From: the human T2T-CHM13v2.0 reference genome, Homo sapiens
DNA length: 64,000 bases
Direction: 5' to 3' (one strand)
Assembly (NCBI RefSeq): GCF_009914755.1
Contig: NC_060930.1
Within the stretch, counting starts at the first letter, position 1. Every line of letters begins with the position of its first letter. Made by a program: the position numbers and the translations under genes. Positions 12,844 to 29,200 of the stretch are shown here, one piece after another. The notes below the pieces were generated by a model. The model saw nothing but the letters and a program-made list of their open reading frames with translations. It had not been told where the DNA came from and did no database searches.

Positions 12844-13411
12844 GATAGACTGCTATTTGAATCAGTGACTGAGTAATAAAGACCCACCCTCCTCCAGTTG
12901 GATGGGCAGGTACCATCCAATCTGCTGAGGGCCTAGATAGAACAAAAAGGTAGAAGAAAGGCAAATTGACCCTCTCTTTCTTTTCTGGAGCTGAGGCACC
13001 CTTCTTTATCTGCCCTTGGACATCAGAACTCTAAACTGTTTGGTCTTTGAACTCAGGACTTGCATCAGTAGCCCTGCACCCCCAGTTTTTAGGCATTTGG
13101 CCTCAGATTGAGAGTTACACTATTGACTTCACTGGGTCTTAGGCCTTCAGACTTGGACTGAGCCACACTCTACGCTTCTCTGGTTCTTCAGCTTGCAGAT
13201 GGCCTGTCATGGAATATCTCGTGTGTGTGTGTGTGTGTGTGTGTATACACACACATATACATACATATATATATATTAAGGAAAGAGAGAGAGAAGAGGG
13301 GATTTATTAGGGGAATTGCCTCATATGATTATGGAGGCTGAAATGTTCCATGACATTAATGGGATATATATCCTATTAGTTCTTTCTCTCTGAAGAACCC
13401 TGACTAATACA
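12844..13411 (+). mobile_element. MLT2 LTR, 3' part, with internal micro-inversion and (GT)n
   Basis: ccatccaatctgctgagggcctagatagaacaaaaagg ... gaagaaccctgactaataca. Confidence 0.85.
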
Positions 13412-14439
13412 TGCTCTGTTCTCTAATCTGTATGTATCACTTTACCTGGTAGGGGCTGATTTGAAAAAAATGATCTATATTTTTAACCACATACCTGTTT
13501 CCCATATTCTTTTGTCTTCTGATCACATTAACTCTAAGTTTTAAATGATTGAAAGAAACTGCTACCAACTTTCCTTGAATCAATTTACAACTCTACTTCT
13601 GGCCATGCTGACAATGGAGGAGCATATTATAATATGCAGGGAAGTGGACACTATGAGATGAGGATATGCATTTTCTTTACACTGACCGTCAGCCACTCTA
13701 CTTTTCTGCTTCCATGTTGTTTATGGGGAAAGATGTAACAACAGTTAAGTTGTCATTTGCAAGAATGGGTGCTATTTTTTAAAGTATGCAAGGTAAAGCA
13801 TGCATAAGGATTCATACCATCTTAATATTGCACAATATGTCCTAATTTAAAAACTTGTTTTGGAGACAAGTTGGCAGTGCTGACAGTGTATGCTTTTTCT
13901 TTTTTAATGTTTCTAAAGAGAAGTAAAAATTTGACTGAATTAGGAGTCAATTATACTACAAAAATCAAAGGTTTGTACTACGTAGTTTGATAAATTCTTC
14001 CCATGAACATTGGTAGATATGGTGCATAATGAAATATTTTGAGCTTTCTTGTATCTTAAAATATTACTGGAAAATTATATGAGGATATATAAAAGAGTCG
14101 TCACAGGAAAAAAAAAGTCCTTTTTATTTATTTATTTATTTTTTCTAAAGGAGTAGCAGTGAACTTAAAGTAAGGGTGATATTTGTTTCCTTCCAATCTT
14201 GAGATTTTCTCATTCTAAGGCATGAAAGCATGGATAGTATAAAGTTTGTATGATAAAAGTTGTAAAGGCATTTACTTCATTCTATCTGTCATTATCCTAA
14301 TGTGTTATCTTGTCTTATTCCTTTGATGACTATATAAATTAACATTTATTTAAAAGCTACTTGGCCATATACCATATGGTAAATTTTTGAAAACATTGTC
14401 TCTAGTCTTTAAAATGACTCTTAAAGATACGTCATATCA

Positions 14440-14860
14440 TTTCCATTGTCCAGTTGAGAAAACCACATTCAGAGATGTTGAGTCTTTGTCTAACATCTGA
14501 ACATCTGAAATAAGGCATGGTGCTGGAATAGGATCCTGTAATTCTGGAATTCTAATTTCTGTTCCCTCTGCATAGCCTAGACCCTCTTAGATAGGTTTTG
14601 TTCTCTTCATTTATCTCTAAATCACCTGGAAAAATGCTCTCGGTATAGCAGGTGGTCAGTGAACATTTATCTTGCATGAACTTGGTGGGGAAATGTAGTT
14701 ATACAACCAAGACTTATGGGTTCTGTCATAATAGTTCTGTCCCTTATCAACTGTAAAAATATATCATTATCCCATGGATTGTTTCAATTTCCCCAATTAT
14801 AAAATGAGAATTTAAAAATGATCAGAATTAAGAGATAGCATGTAGTGTAAAAGACTCTAC
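14440..14860. mobile_element. MIR and L2 fragments
   Basis: MIR-core-like gagaaaaccacattcagagatgttgag (reverse) and tcaatttccccaattataaaatgag (forward); L2-tail-like cggtatagcaggtggtcagtgaacattt. Confidence 0.4.
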
Positions 14861-16794
14861 AGGTAGTGTAAAGCCACTCTATATTCACTCATAATGCCAC
14901 TTTTCTGGCCAGCTCCAATACAGCACAGAACCCACCAGGCACATTGACTCATCCTTCTAAACTTCTTCAGTGGGGTAAAATTTTTTATCCATTCTTTTTA
15001 CATCTGTTCATAGAATGGCAGCTGCAGGGAGTTTTCTATAACTGTGGTGGGATGAAATACAGGGATTAGATCTAATCTGTTACATAGGCCCTAGCCTAAC
15101 ATTTGTGTGTGTGTGTGTGCTCTAATCTGTACTTTTGGTAATTCCCACAGGCAGTAGCATATCAATGAGTTTCATACCATCTTCTCTGTTGCTATTTGTT
15201 TTTTTGTTGTTGTTGTTTTGTTTTGTTTTGTTTTTTAGTTATTGGCAAATGCTTCTTACCTCAACCCCAGAAGCATGTTCTTAGGCTTGCCAAAAATATT
15301 AAATGCCTGGGCAATTTTATGGGATAATAGAATCTGTGTTCTCTCATTTTGATTCTATAAAAGCAGCAAGTGGCTTGCCTGAGCTATATATTGTATGATG
15401 CATGGGGATGCTCAGGGTCCTATAATCAGAGTATATAGGGATGGTCTAGATGGCCATCCCCTGTGACTAGAATGAAAGACAGGAGTTACAAGGGCAAAGT
15501 GACCTACGGGAAATTTGGATTTCTAAATTGCTTACCAAAATGCCTCCAAAAGGTGGTGTATCTATTAAGGGAGGCTGAGAATATACTGAGGGAGAAATTT
15601 AACACTTTATATAGTGAAGACCAAGAAAAGCATCAAGCTTCCTAATGCAACCTTGCATGGTGACTTTAAAATTCTTTTTGGGAAAAATGGCTAGAGAATT
15701 AAATGTTTATTGAAAATACCCTCCTTTTATATGGTTTCGTATCTTTTCCTAACCCTGCGCACTTACATTCTTGACTGTGATACAACATATATGGTTAAAA
15801 TGTTTTATCTCATAAGGTTAATTTTCGAGATGTGAAACTCTGTTGGATATTACTGTGCATATGCTAGAAACCCCAGGGTTTAAGGTAAAAGAAGACTCTA
15901 AATTTGAAAAACTGTGGACAATAGTAGAAACACAGAGGATGATTTTGCATTCATTCCACCTTGACAGCTCCACTTTGTAGTTTTCCTCACCTTTGTGTCT
16001 GCAATTTTCATACAAATTATGTTTATTTATCAAACATTCCAGGAGATTGGTTTTTGTTCCGGAACTATGTTCATTTGATTACCCAGGAGGCATATTTTCT
16101 TTGAACACTAATTGGATCCCCTAGTAAAGATACTAGTTTTATTTTCATATTCCTAAAATGTTAAGCTTCAGGGCATTATGATCATGCAGTCTTTTTGAAT
16201 CCAATGGTTAAGTTATTTATTTCCATACTATAATTTTTTTAGCTATTGTGGAAGAAAATTTGTTTCTGAGCTAGTTAAAACAAATGTTAAATTAAATATA
16301 AACAACATTAATTATGATCTACTTATGCTTTCCAGGCAGGAGTCAAAAATCACATGTGATTTAGAATGTGTTACATAAATGAATGAAATGGTCTCCAGGA
16401 ATGCAATAAGTAGCTGTGAGACTGGTGAATTGAAGAATGCATGACCTGTCTAACAGTATTAAAAAATATGTGAATAAGCCACTCTGCCAGACAAACAAAA
16501 TCCATAGATAAGCTGAGAGATGCAGAAGGGACAGGAGGAAGGAGCTCTATTTCTCTCTGTGGAAGGGAACGCTGACATGAGGAAAAATAATCATGGTCAG
16601 CATTGACTATGACTTCACTTAGAGCTCTAGGCAGTAGGGAACAAGTGAAGATACAGATCTAACAAAATAAGGCCTAGGGAATGCAAATGAAGCAATTTAT
16701 AACTAGTGATTGGTTAAAATTGGCTTACTGACCCTGTAGTAACATCAATCCAAGTAAGTACTTTTTTATTCTCATTATGGAGAAGATGTGAGTC

Positions 16795-17035
16795 AGTGCT
16801 TGTTAGTGGTTCAGACCACAAGCTCTAAAGCTTTGCTGTTTAAGATCAAGGACTCTTTCTGCTCCATGTGAGGTATGAAAATGTGGGCATGTTACCAGAA
16901 CTCACTGCCCTTCAGTTTGCACATCTGTACAATAGGGATAATAATAGTACTTACATCAATGGTTACTTTAAAAATAAAATGACTTTATATACTTAAAAGG
17001 GCTGGCACATATTATTGCACAAACATTTGTTATTA
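16795..17035 (+). mobile_element. MIR SINE
   Basis: MIR core ttcagtttgcacatctgtacaatagggataataatagtac and tail ctggcacatatt. Confidence 0.7.
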
Positions 17036-17831
17036 CAAAATAATTGTCAAACAACAAGCATAACCTCATTCAATTCTAATTGTGACTGGTTTTAGCTTTT
17101 TTTTCTACTTACTTGAAGATATACTATAGATTCTATTCTCTAGATTTCAGTAAAGCGGTAAATAATCATACCTTTTATTTCATATAAAGTCAAAGATTAT
17201 TAGAGCCACTAGGAAATTTAACAATCCCAATTCCAACTTTGATTTTCTAAGTTAAAATTATGTCTAGAAAGAAAATGCCTTATAGTCATATAGTCATACT
17301 GTGTAAAAAAAAAAAAAATGGCTACAATTCCTATCTTCTGTGAACAAGCTTGAAGATTTTCCTGAGACTCTCTCTGTATTGTATATGAAATGAAACATGT
17401 TAATTTATTCCTGATATTAGTGATTAGTGAGCTAAAAATTGTTCCTCTATTTTCAATGAAACTAGTTCATATAGAGAGATCTACCACAGGCATGAAATAT
17501 AGGAGAAAGGTTTTGTGATTTACTTAGTATCAAGGCAGTAATTTCCTCCAGTTAACAGCTAACACGTTTTATCCTTTGTGGAAACAGGTGCCTTTAGATG
17601 AGATCCTTTTAAATTCAGGGGCTGTCTGACAGAAAAGAAGGGGAAGATCCTCTACAACGTTGATGCCAGGAAAGCAACCTCATCTCCTGAGCTTTATATG
17701 CAGTTGTAAACACATTGTCTTCCTGCAGCTGGAAGGAAGTATGTGTAATAAGAATAAAGCCTTTAACAAAACACAATTTACCTGGCAGGAGAAGTAGAAA
17801 TTCAGGTATAAAGAAGAGTAATGCTATAAGA

Positions 17832-18007
17832 CAATAATTCTCAATCCTAACTGCACACCACAATCACCTGGAAAATTCTTAAAACTACTGCTTCTCAAAT
17901 ACCACCACAGAGATTATGATGAATATATTCCAGGGTTATGGCCAAAACAAAAGTATTTTTAAGTTTCATGATGGACTCTAATGTAAAAGTAAGAGTTAAG
18001 CACCATG
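17832..18007. mobile_element. MER5-like hAT-Charlie MITE
   Basis: ttctcaatcctaactgcacaccacaatcacctgg ... ttaagcaccatg resembles MER5. Confidence 0.5.
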
Positions 18008-18079
18008 AACCTAATAGTAATTTTCTGTCTGAACTTCTACTGGAACGGCCCCTTCTCTCATTACCATTGTTTTATTCAA

Positions 18080-20260
18080 ATAACCTATGTACACTAGCAA
18101 TGAACAATCTGAAAAAGAAATCAAGAAAATAATTTTATTTGTATTGGCATCAGAAAGGGTAAAATACCTAGAAATAAATGAAACCTAAGATGTGAAGGAT
18201 TTGTACATTAAAAACTACAAAACATTGCTTTAAAGTAATTAAATAAGACACATAAATAGAAAGGCATCCCAATTTTATGGTTTGGAAGAACTAATATTGT
18301 TAAGATGGATATGCTATCCAAGCCAATCTAGAGACTCATTGTAATGCCTATCAATGTTTCACCAGCCCTCTTTTTATTGCAGAAATAGGAAATCCAATTC
18401 TCAAATTCATGTAAAATTTTCATAGCCAAAAAAAATATATAGAAAAAGAACAAAGTTGGAGGGCTACACTTCTCAATTTCAAAACATACTACACTACAGT
18501 GATCAAAACAGTGAGGAACTGACATAAAGATAACTATATAGACCTATAGTATAGAAATTAGAGTTAGTGAATAAATTCATGTATCTATGGCCAATTGATT
18601 TTTGGTAAATGTGCCAATACCATTCAATAGGAGAAATTATATTCTCTTCAACAAATGGTATTCACATAACTAGCCAACAAGTGCCAGAGAATAAAATTGG
18701 AAAGTTACCTTAAAGCATATAGAAAAATTTACTCAAAGTGGATCAGGGATCTAAATGTAAGAATTAAGCTCATAAAGCTCATAAAAAGAAACATAGGAAT
18801 AAATCATCACGACCTTGGATTTGAAATGGATATTTAGATACAACACTGATAACATATGAACAAAATAAAATAGATAAATCGGACTTCATCAATATTAAAA
18901 ACTTTTGTGTATCAAATATATTATTAAGAAAGTAGAAAAACAACCTAAAAATGAGATAAAATATTAGCAAATCAAGTATCTAATAAGAGTGTAGTATCCA
19001 GAATATAGAAAAAAAATACAAGTCAATGAGAGAAAGATAAACAATGCCATTATAAGATAAGCAAAGAACTTGAATAGACATTTCTCCAAAAAGTATATTT
19101 AAATTGTCTACAAATACATTTAAAAAATGCTCAATATCATTAGTAATTAGAAAAATACACTTCAAAACCACAATGTGGTACCACTTCACACTCACTAGAG
19201 TGGTTTTAAGAAAAAAAAATAGAATATTTAAAGTGTTGGTGAAGATGTAAAGAAATTTAAACCCTCATACACTGATGGTAGAAATGTAAAAAGGCTTATA
19301 TAGAAAACAGTTTGACTTCTCCATAAAAAGTTAAGCATAAAATTACCATAGGGTCCAGCAATTCCACTCATATGTGTATACCCCAAAGAATTGAAACTGA
19401 TACTCAAACAAACATTTTTACATGAATGTTCATAGCAGCACTATTCAGAGTATCTGCTTTGGACTAAATGTTTGTGTCTTCTGCTCCCCCAATTTATATG
19501 CTGAAACCTAGCCTCCAATGTGAGGGTAATTTGAGGTGTGGTCTTTGAGAAGCAATTAGGTCATGAGAGTGGAGCCCTCATGAAAATGATTAGTACCCTT
19601 ATAAAGGTCTGAGGAGACCACAGATTTTCCCTTTAATCGCACTGAGACATCTATGAACCAAGAAAGTGGACCCTCACCAGACACTGAACTTCCTGGAGGC
19701 TTGATCTTGGACTCCACAGTCTCTAAGAGTGTAAGAAATAAACTTACATTGATTATAAGCTATCTAGTTTATGGTATTTTGTTATAGCAGCCCTAAAGGA
19801 TTAAGACAATAGTCAAAAGCTGGAAACAACCTAATTTCCATTAATTGATCAATAAATACACAAAATGTGACTCATACATTCAATGAAGTATTATTTGGTC
19901 ATAAAAGGAGTGAAGTACTGATACATGCAACAATGTAGATGAACCTCAAACACATTATGCTAAATGAAAGATATGAGACACAAAATGGCACATATTTTAC
20001 GATTCTATTTATATGAAATACTCAGAATAGGCAAAGCAGATTCATTGCAGGGGATGGAGAAATGATGAGTGACTGCTTAATGGGTACAGGGCATACTTTT
20101 TGAGGGTGCAAGGAGTGATAAAAATAATTTGCAACTTTATAGAAGTGGTGGTTGCATAACATTGTGAATGTAGTAAATACCAATACATTCTATACTTTTA
20201 AATTTATGTATATTAATTTTGTTATGTGGATGTCACTTCAATGAAAAATAAAAAGAAATA
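18080..20260 (+). mobile_element. L1MB-like 3' portion (ORF2 end plus 3' UTR)
   Basis: ORF2 C-terminal motifs (tctcttcaacaaatggt, ccagcaattccactc) and an L1MB-type 3' UTR ending in an A-rich tail. Confidence 0.8.
19455..19808 (+). mobile_element. MLT1A-like LTR nested in L1M
   Basis: tgctttggactaaatgtttgtgtc ... gttatagcagccctaaaggattaagaca. Confidence 0.8.
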
Positions 20261-20269
20261 GAGATAATA

Positions 20270-22330
<2,061 letters not shown>

Positions 22331-22389
22331 AGTAAACAAAGAAGATAAAAGGAAATAATAACATGATGACAAAGCATTATACTCTCTGC

Positions 22390-22985
22390 AGAATGGCTAA
22401 CAATAATAATTAATAATAATAATAAACTAATAACACAGAGTGCTGCAAAGAATGTGGAGCAATAGGAACTTCCAGATACTACTACTAACAAGGTGTATTG
22501 TATTATTACTTTCAGAAACATTTGGCAGTATCTAATAAGATGAACATATACACACTTTGATAGAATAATTTCATATATATAATAAGAAAGTAAAAAGTTT
22601 AAAAATAAAAATATTCATTAATATTGAATAGATTAAATGTATCATATTCACACAATGGAATATTATAAAGCAATGAGAATAAGTACAGTATGCTACTTGC
22701 AATAACATTAATAAATTTCACAGATATTATTGAACTAAACATGGCACAGACATGGAGTACATTTTATATAATTCTGTGTATGTACAATTCTACTGAGCTA
22801 AAATCCTGGCTAGTAGTTATCTTTTGTGGTCAGTTATGACTGGAGTTGAGAAGGCACTTTTGTGATGCTCTTCGTGGTCTATTTCCTTAAATGGATGGTG
22901 GTTACACAGAGGCATTCACTTTATTGGACCTCATCATTTATGGTTGTGTACTTTATGTATATTATACATACTTTTTAAATGCCTT
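22390..22985 (+). mobile_element. L1ME-like 3' fragment
   Basis: aagaatgtggagcaataggaact, cacacaatggaatattataaagcaatgagaat. Confidence 0.55.
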
Positions 22986-23455
22986 AAAATCACAGAGTTG
23001 AAGTTGTGTAACCACATAGCTAGTGTAGTTTCAACTTTCAAGACCTTCAAGTGTTCAAGGTCTGTTAAATGAATATAGCCTCTATTATCATGTTATTCAG
23101 CTTCATGCACATGATGAAGACTTATGATGATGAAGATAGGGTAGGTACTGTGATGAAAATAGTGGGAGAAAATGTTTCTCTTTGTCTAGAGCTATGATAA
23201 AATCATGCGTTTTAAAAATAATTTACAAAAAATAAGTAAATATTGATATTTCTACCCAGATTAAATTGATATTGATGTTTTTGTTGCACATACTTACAGA
23301 GGTTGTGTGTGTGGGGGCGGGGGAAGGTATAATTTAAATTTATCTCTTTTGTCTAAATAATGAGTACATTGCTTTATAATGCATATTTTGATCATTTAGT
23401 AGCCCATGGTGAATATTTTTCCATGTCAATAATTATTGCTCCTGTCATATTAATT

Positions 23456-23620
23456 ATTTTTATCTATTTATTTATTAAAAAAAACTTTTTAGAGAGGAGG
23501 TATTGCTTTGTTGCCTAGGCTGGAGTGCACTGGTGCAATCATGGCTCACTGCCACCACAAATTCCTGGGCTCAAGGGATCTTCCCTCCTTACCCTCCTGA
23601 GTAACTGGGACCACAGAAAT
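23456..23620 (-). mobile_element. FLAM/AluJ monomer
   Basis: gttgcctaggctggagtgc ... ctcaagggatcttccctcc; TSD tcatattaatta on both sides. Confidence 0.8.
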
Positions 23621-25073
23621 ACATCATATTAATTAAATAATGAAAACTGAAGCATATGTAATGTGAGGACACAAAGACATCCTCCTAGTATTTCAAAATT
23701 AGATGGGCACTAACATAAAGCAAAATAGAAGAGTTTATTTAAATATTTTAAAAGTCAGCATTCAAAAAAGTGTTTACTTGCTGGATACACACACTGAATA
23801 TGAAGTGCATCATTAATAATTCACTTGCTTTTTGCCTTCTCTGTTTGATTTGAATTTTCAAAGGATGTATAAGGCAGCTGTCAAATTGGTCACTCACCTA
23901 ACAATTTAAAGTGTACAATACTATTTTGTCTGCTTTCGATCTTGTAATAGTGAGGTCTGGGAAGTTAAGTTGATATGTAATGGGAAAGACCACATTCCAC
24001 AATTTCCAATGGGATTTGGTCATAAAGAAAAATACTTTCATTCTATGTTGACCCACCTGAGAATCGTTCCTTTAAGTTCCCTCAAGAAAGCCTCTTTGGG
24101 TTTGCAGAGGTTATTTGGCCAAGTCATGGGGATAACTCTGAAATTGTCTACATTTTGCAAGTGCATCACTATCAAATCTTAAATGCAAGCTAATTATTTG
24201 AAAATTATTTTAGTTAAATTCCAAATGTGTTGCTCAAATATCTAAGTATAACCCACTTTACCTTTTCCAGTATAGATTGGACTTTTAGCAACAGTATGCC
24301 TATCAATGTATAATTAATTTAGTGCTACGTAACTTAATCCAGCTGTCTCCTGCTACAGCATGCAGGAGTGGCTATGTATTAAATAAAGTCAAATCATGGT
24401 AAACTTTATTGCCCTTGGACAGGAGAACTAACAAAATGTACTTTCTCTGTTTAAGAGAGTTGGATTAAGGACAGTGGGGATCATCTTATTGCATCATTCT
24501 TTGTTATTTTCTTTACAAGCTGCAGCTTTCAGATTTCATGTTGTTGGTTCCCAGAGCTTATTTGAGTCACTAACACTTTTTAATGTAAATGCAAAATCTT
24601 CAGTCATCATTATGCAAACTACTGTCAGATGAATCGCTATAGGTTTGCATTTTCCATGAATCAATAGAACTAATTTAATAGCATTATCTAACAGCTTACT
24701 CAACCACACACACCAACACATATGTAAATTATCACTATGAATTCTAATTGATGCTGAAATATAGAAATCACAAATTCATTTACCACAATCTGCTCTCTAT
24801 AGGGTTATTGCAGTTTTGTTGGGAGCAGAATCCATGCCCTACTCTGAAAAATAATCAAAGAGAATTTTGTTTTTTACAGTGCTCTTATCAGTAGGCTCTA
24901 TTTCAGACTACAATATAACTGGGAATCTTAACATGGAGTTTATAGACCCATTGGGTTGACTTCAAAGGCTTCATGAAACCCATAAAATATCCATAAATCA
25001 CTCATATTGTTGCTGGCAAATTTTATATAAAGAAGATCATCAATAACCTCTACAAAATTTTCAAAATATCCTA

Positions 25074-25437
25074 TGATATAGTTTGGCTATGTTCCCACCC
25101 AAATCTAATTTTGAATTGTAACTCCCATAATTCCCATGTGTTATGAGAGGGACCTGGTGGGAGATCACTGAATCATGGGGGTTGAAATTTCCCATCCTGT
25201 TCTTGTGATAGTGAATAAGGCTCACAAAATCTGATGGTTTTATAAAGGGGAGTTTCCCTGCACACGCTCTCTTGCTTGCCTCGATGTGAGATGTGACTTT
25301 GCTCCTCACTCACCTTCTGCTATGATTTTCAGGGCTCCCCAGCCATATAGAACTGTGAGTCAATTAAACCTCTTTCCTTTATAAATTACTTACTCTCTGG
25401 TATGTCTTTCTTAGCAGTGTGAGAACAGACTAATACA
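25074..25437 (+). mobile_element. THE1B/THE1C-like solo LTR
   Basis: tgatatagtttggctatgttcccacccaaatc ... gaacagactaataca; TSD tccta/tgcta. Confidence 0.9.
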
Positions 25438-26239
25438 TGCTATGATCTGTAAGATTTACAAACATAGACCCATTTCTAAACTGGTGCCATTAAAATAAGA
25501 TCCAGACTCTGACTCCCTTCCCCCTCAATGTACCCATTTTATCTATGTCTAGTGTCCCCTCTCAACTGCAATTGGTGAAAGAGGCCTTGTTTTGTAACAG
25601 CTGCAGGGTCTTGAATCTCATGGCTCTCTTATTAGACATAAACGTGTTTTTCATAAAATTCAACAAGAATTTGTTGAACATATAAAATGCATTGACACTA
25701 TGTTAGGCGCCCTGGTAAACACCTATGTAGGAGGATTTTCAATACACCTAAAAGAGTGCTATGCCCTAAAATACAATCTGAAATTTCACCTAATTTTACA
25801 GGAAAAGATTCAGAATTTACATCTTTTATAAGGAGTAAATTTTCCAAAAGAAGAAACAAATTAAGCTGGTAACAAATTTTATTCATTTCATCTAGTAAGA
25901 GTTTTCCCTTCTCTACAAGAAGCTAAGATTAGTTAACTCTAGAGAAATTGAGAGTAGTCATTCATATAAAGTATGTGGCATAAATAAGAATGGGCAAATT
26001 TGAGTTGGATATAAATTAGGAGTAGAAAAGTATGGATCTTGTCAATCACAAGCTGCAGAAAATTTCTAGGCATTCCAAACAAAAATGGCCAGAAGAGAAA
26101 AGATGTAGCCAGAAAGAGAAGAATGTAAACTGTTTTGGCCTTCTTCATAATTTTGTGAAGACGTAAGTAACTCTGAATACATAGAGAAGTCCATCCTTAA
26201 AATGGGCTTTCATGTTGCAGAAGTGACTCTGAGAAGTCA

Positions 26240-29200
26240 TTTTTTAAGCTACTTTTCACAGCAGTTTTAGATTCACAGCGAAATTGAGAGGAGATTATAG
26301 AGATTTCCCATATGTCCCCGAACTCCACACATGCATAGCTTCCCACGTTAACAACATCCCCCATTCTCATGCATAGCTTCCCATATTATCAACATCCCCT
26401 ACCAGAATGGTACAACTTGTTACAACTGATGAACCTACATTGACACATCATAATTAGTCAAAGTCCATAGCTTACTTTCAGGTTCACTCTTGGTGTTGCG
26501 CATTCTATGGATTTGGACAAATGTATAATTACATCTACTTATTATTATAGCATCATACAGAGTACTCTCATTGCCCTGAAAATCCTCTGTGCTCTGCCTA
26601 GTCATCCCTGCCCCTATCAACCCCTCGCAACCACTGAATTTTTACTGGCCCTATAGTTTTGCCTTTTCTAGAATGTCATACAGTAGGGTGATATGGTATG
26701 TATTCTTTTTGGTTTGGAGTTTCCACTTAGTAGTATGCATTTTGGTTTTCTCCATGTCTTCTAATGGCTTCATAATTAATTTTTTAGCACTGAATAATAT
26801 TCCATTGTCTGTATGTACCATAGGTTATCTATCCACTCATCTACTGGAGGACATTTTGGTGACTTCCAAATTTTTGCAATTATGTTAGATTATGTGTGCT
26901 TATGTATATACACATTATGTGTATATTTGCTTATGCACGCTTATATATAAGTGAAACGAATGACAGCAATAATACAAGAGATGAGAAGAAAGAGTTAGGA
27001 TTATTTTCTTACCATAAGGTATTCACACTATCCTTAAATTTGTATGTTATTTAAAGGTAGGCTTGGATTAGTTGTAAATGTGTACTGCAAACTCCAGGAT
27101 GACCTCCAAAAATAGTGAAAAAAAATTATAACTGATATTCTAAGAAAGCAGAGAAAATGAAATAATATAAAATCTAAGTTAAAACCACAAACACCAGAAA
27201 AAGAGTGGAAGACAAAAATAAGAATAAAGAACAAAGGCAACAAATACAAAACAGTAGCAAATATTTATTTCACTATACCTATAAACACCCTCTAATCACT
27301 TTTACTGCCAGTGATCTAAATATACCAATTAAAATACAGATTATTAGAGTGGTAAAATCCACTAAAATCCTCTAAAAGTGGCTGTAATAATTCATATTCA
27401 GGTTTTTTTGTGAACATAAGTTTTCAATTTTGTTTGGTAAGCACCAAGAAGCACAGCTGCCTGATGGCATGGTAAAAGTATGATTAGTCTTAAAAGAAAC
27501 TGCCAAATTGTCTTCCAAAGTGGCTGTACCATTTTGCATTTCTACCAGCAATGAGTGAAATTTCCTGTTGCTCCTTATTCTTCTCATCAATTTATGCTGT
27601 CAATGGTCTGGATTTTGTCCATTCTAATAGGTGTGTAGTAGTATCTCATTGTTTTAATTTTCATTTAACATAAAATGTGGAGTTTCTTTTAACATAATTC
27701 TTTGTCATATTTATATATATATATACATACACATATATGTGTATATATGTATATATGTGTGTATATATAGACACACACATATATATACACACACATATAC
27801 ACACACACACACACATATATATATATATCTTCTTTGGTAAGATGTCCTTTAAGGTCTTTGTCTCATTTTTTAATTGAGTTATTTCTTTTCCTATTGTTGA
27901 GTTTTAAAAGTTCTTAGTATATTTGGGGTATTACAAATATTTTGTTTTGTTCTTTTGCAAATACTTTTCCAAGTTTCCGGCTTGTCTTATTCTCTTGACA
28001 TTGTCCTTTGCAGAGCAGAAGTTTTTAATTTTAAGAAAGTCCAGCTTGTCAATTATCTCATGGATTATGCCTTTGGTGTTGTATCTAAAACATCATCACC
28101 ATACCCAAGGTCATCTAAGTTATTTCCTATGTTATGCTCTAGAAGTCTTATAGTTTGGCATTTTACATTTAGGTCTATCATGCATTTTGAGTTAATTTTT
28201 GTGACAGGTGTTAGGTCTATCTAAATTCATGTTTTTGCATGTGGATGGCCAGTTAGTTGCTCTAGCACCTTTTATTAAAAAGATTTCCCTTGCTCCATTG
28301 TATGTTCTTTTCTCTTTTATCAAAAACCAATTGACAGTATTTATTTGAGTCTGTTTCTGGGCTCCCTATTTTGTTCAGTTAATCTATTTGTCTATTTTTT
28401 CCCAATACCACACTGCCTTGATTACTGTAGCTTTATAGTAAGTCTTGAAGTTGTGTAGTGTCATTGTACAACTTGTTCTTCTTCAATATTGTGTTGGCTA
28501 TTCTGGGTCTTTTCCTTCTCCACATAAAATTCAGAGTCCATTTTTTATATTCAAAAAATAACTTGCTGAGATTTTGATTGGGATTGCATTGAATCTACAG
28601 ATCAAGTTGGAAAGAACTCCCATCTTGGCATTATTGAATTTTCTTATCTGTGAACATGAAATATCTTTCCATTTATTTAGTTCTTTAAATTTTATTTTAG
28701 TCTAGTTGATCAGGGCTTTACACTTTTGATTACATAAATTTTGTACATATTTTGTTAGATTTATAACTAATTATTTAGTTTTGGAGGTGCTAATGTAAAT
28801 ACTATTGTGTTTTAGTTTCAAATTCCACTTGTTCATTACTGGTATATAAAAAAAATTCAATTTGTATATTTACTTTGTCTTCTACAACCTTGCAATAATT
28901 GCATATTAGATCCAGGAGTTTGTTGTTGTTGTTGTTGTTGTTGATTATTTTGGATTTTTCACATAGATGATTATTTCATCAGTGAGCAAAGAAAACTTTA
29001 TTTTTTACTTCCCCATCTGTATACATTTTCTTTTCTTTTCTTGTTCAGCCTGTTGATGTGATTGATTACATTAATTGATTTTTGCATGTTGAACCAGACT
29101 AAGATACCCAGGATAAATCCCACTTGGCCATAGTTTATAATTGTTTTTATGCATTGCTAGAGTCCATTTGCTGATATTTGTTGAGGATTTTTGCATCAAT

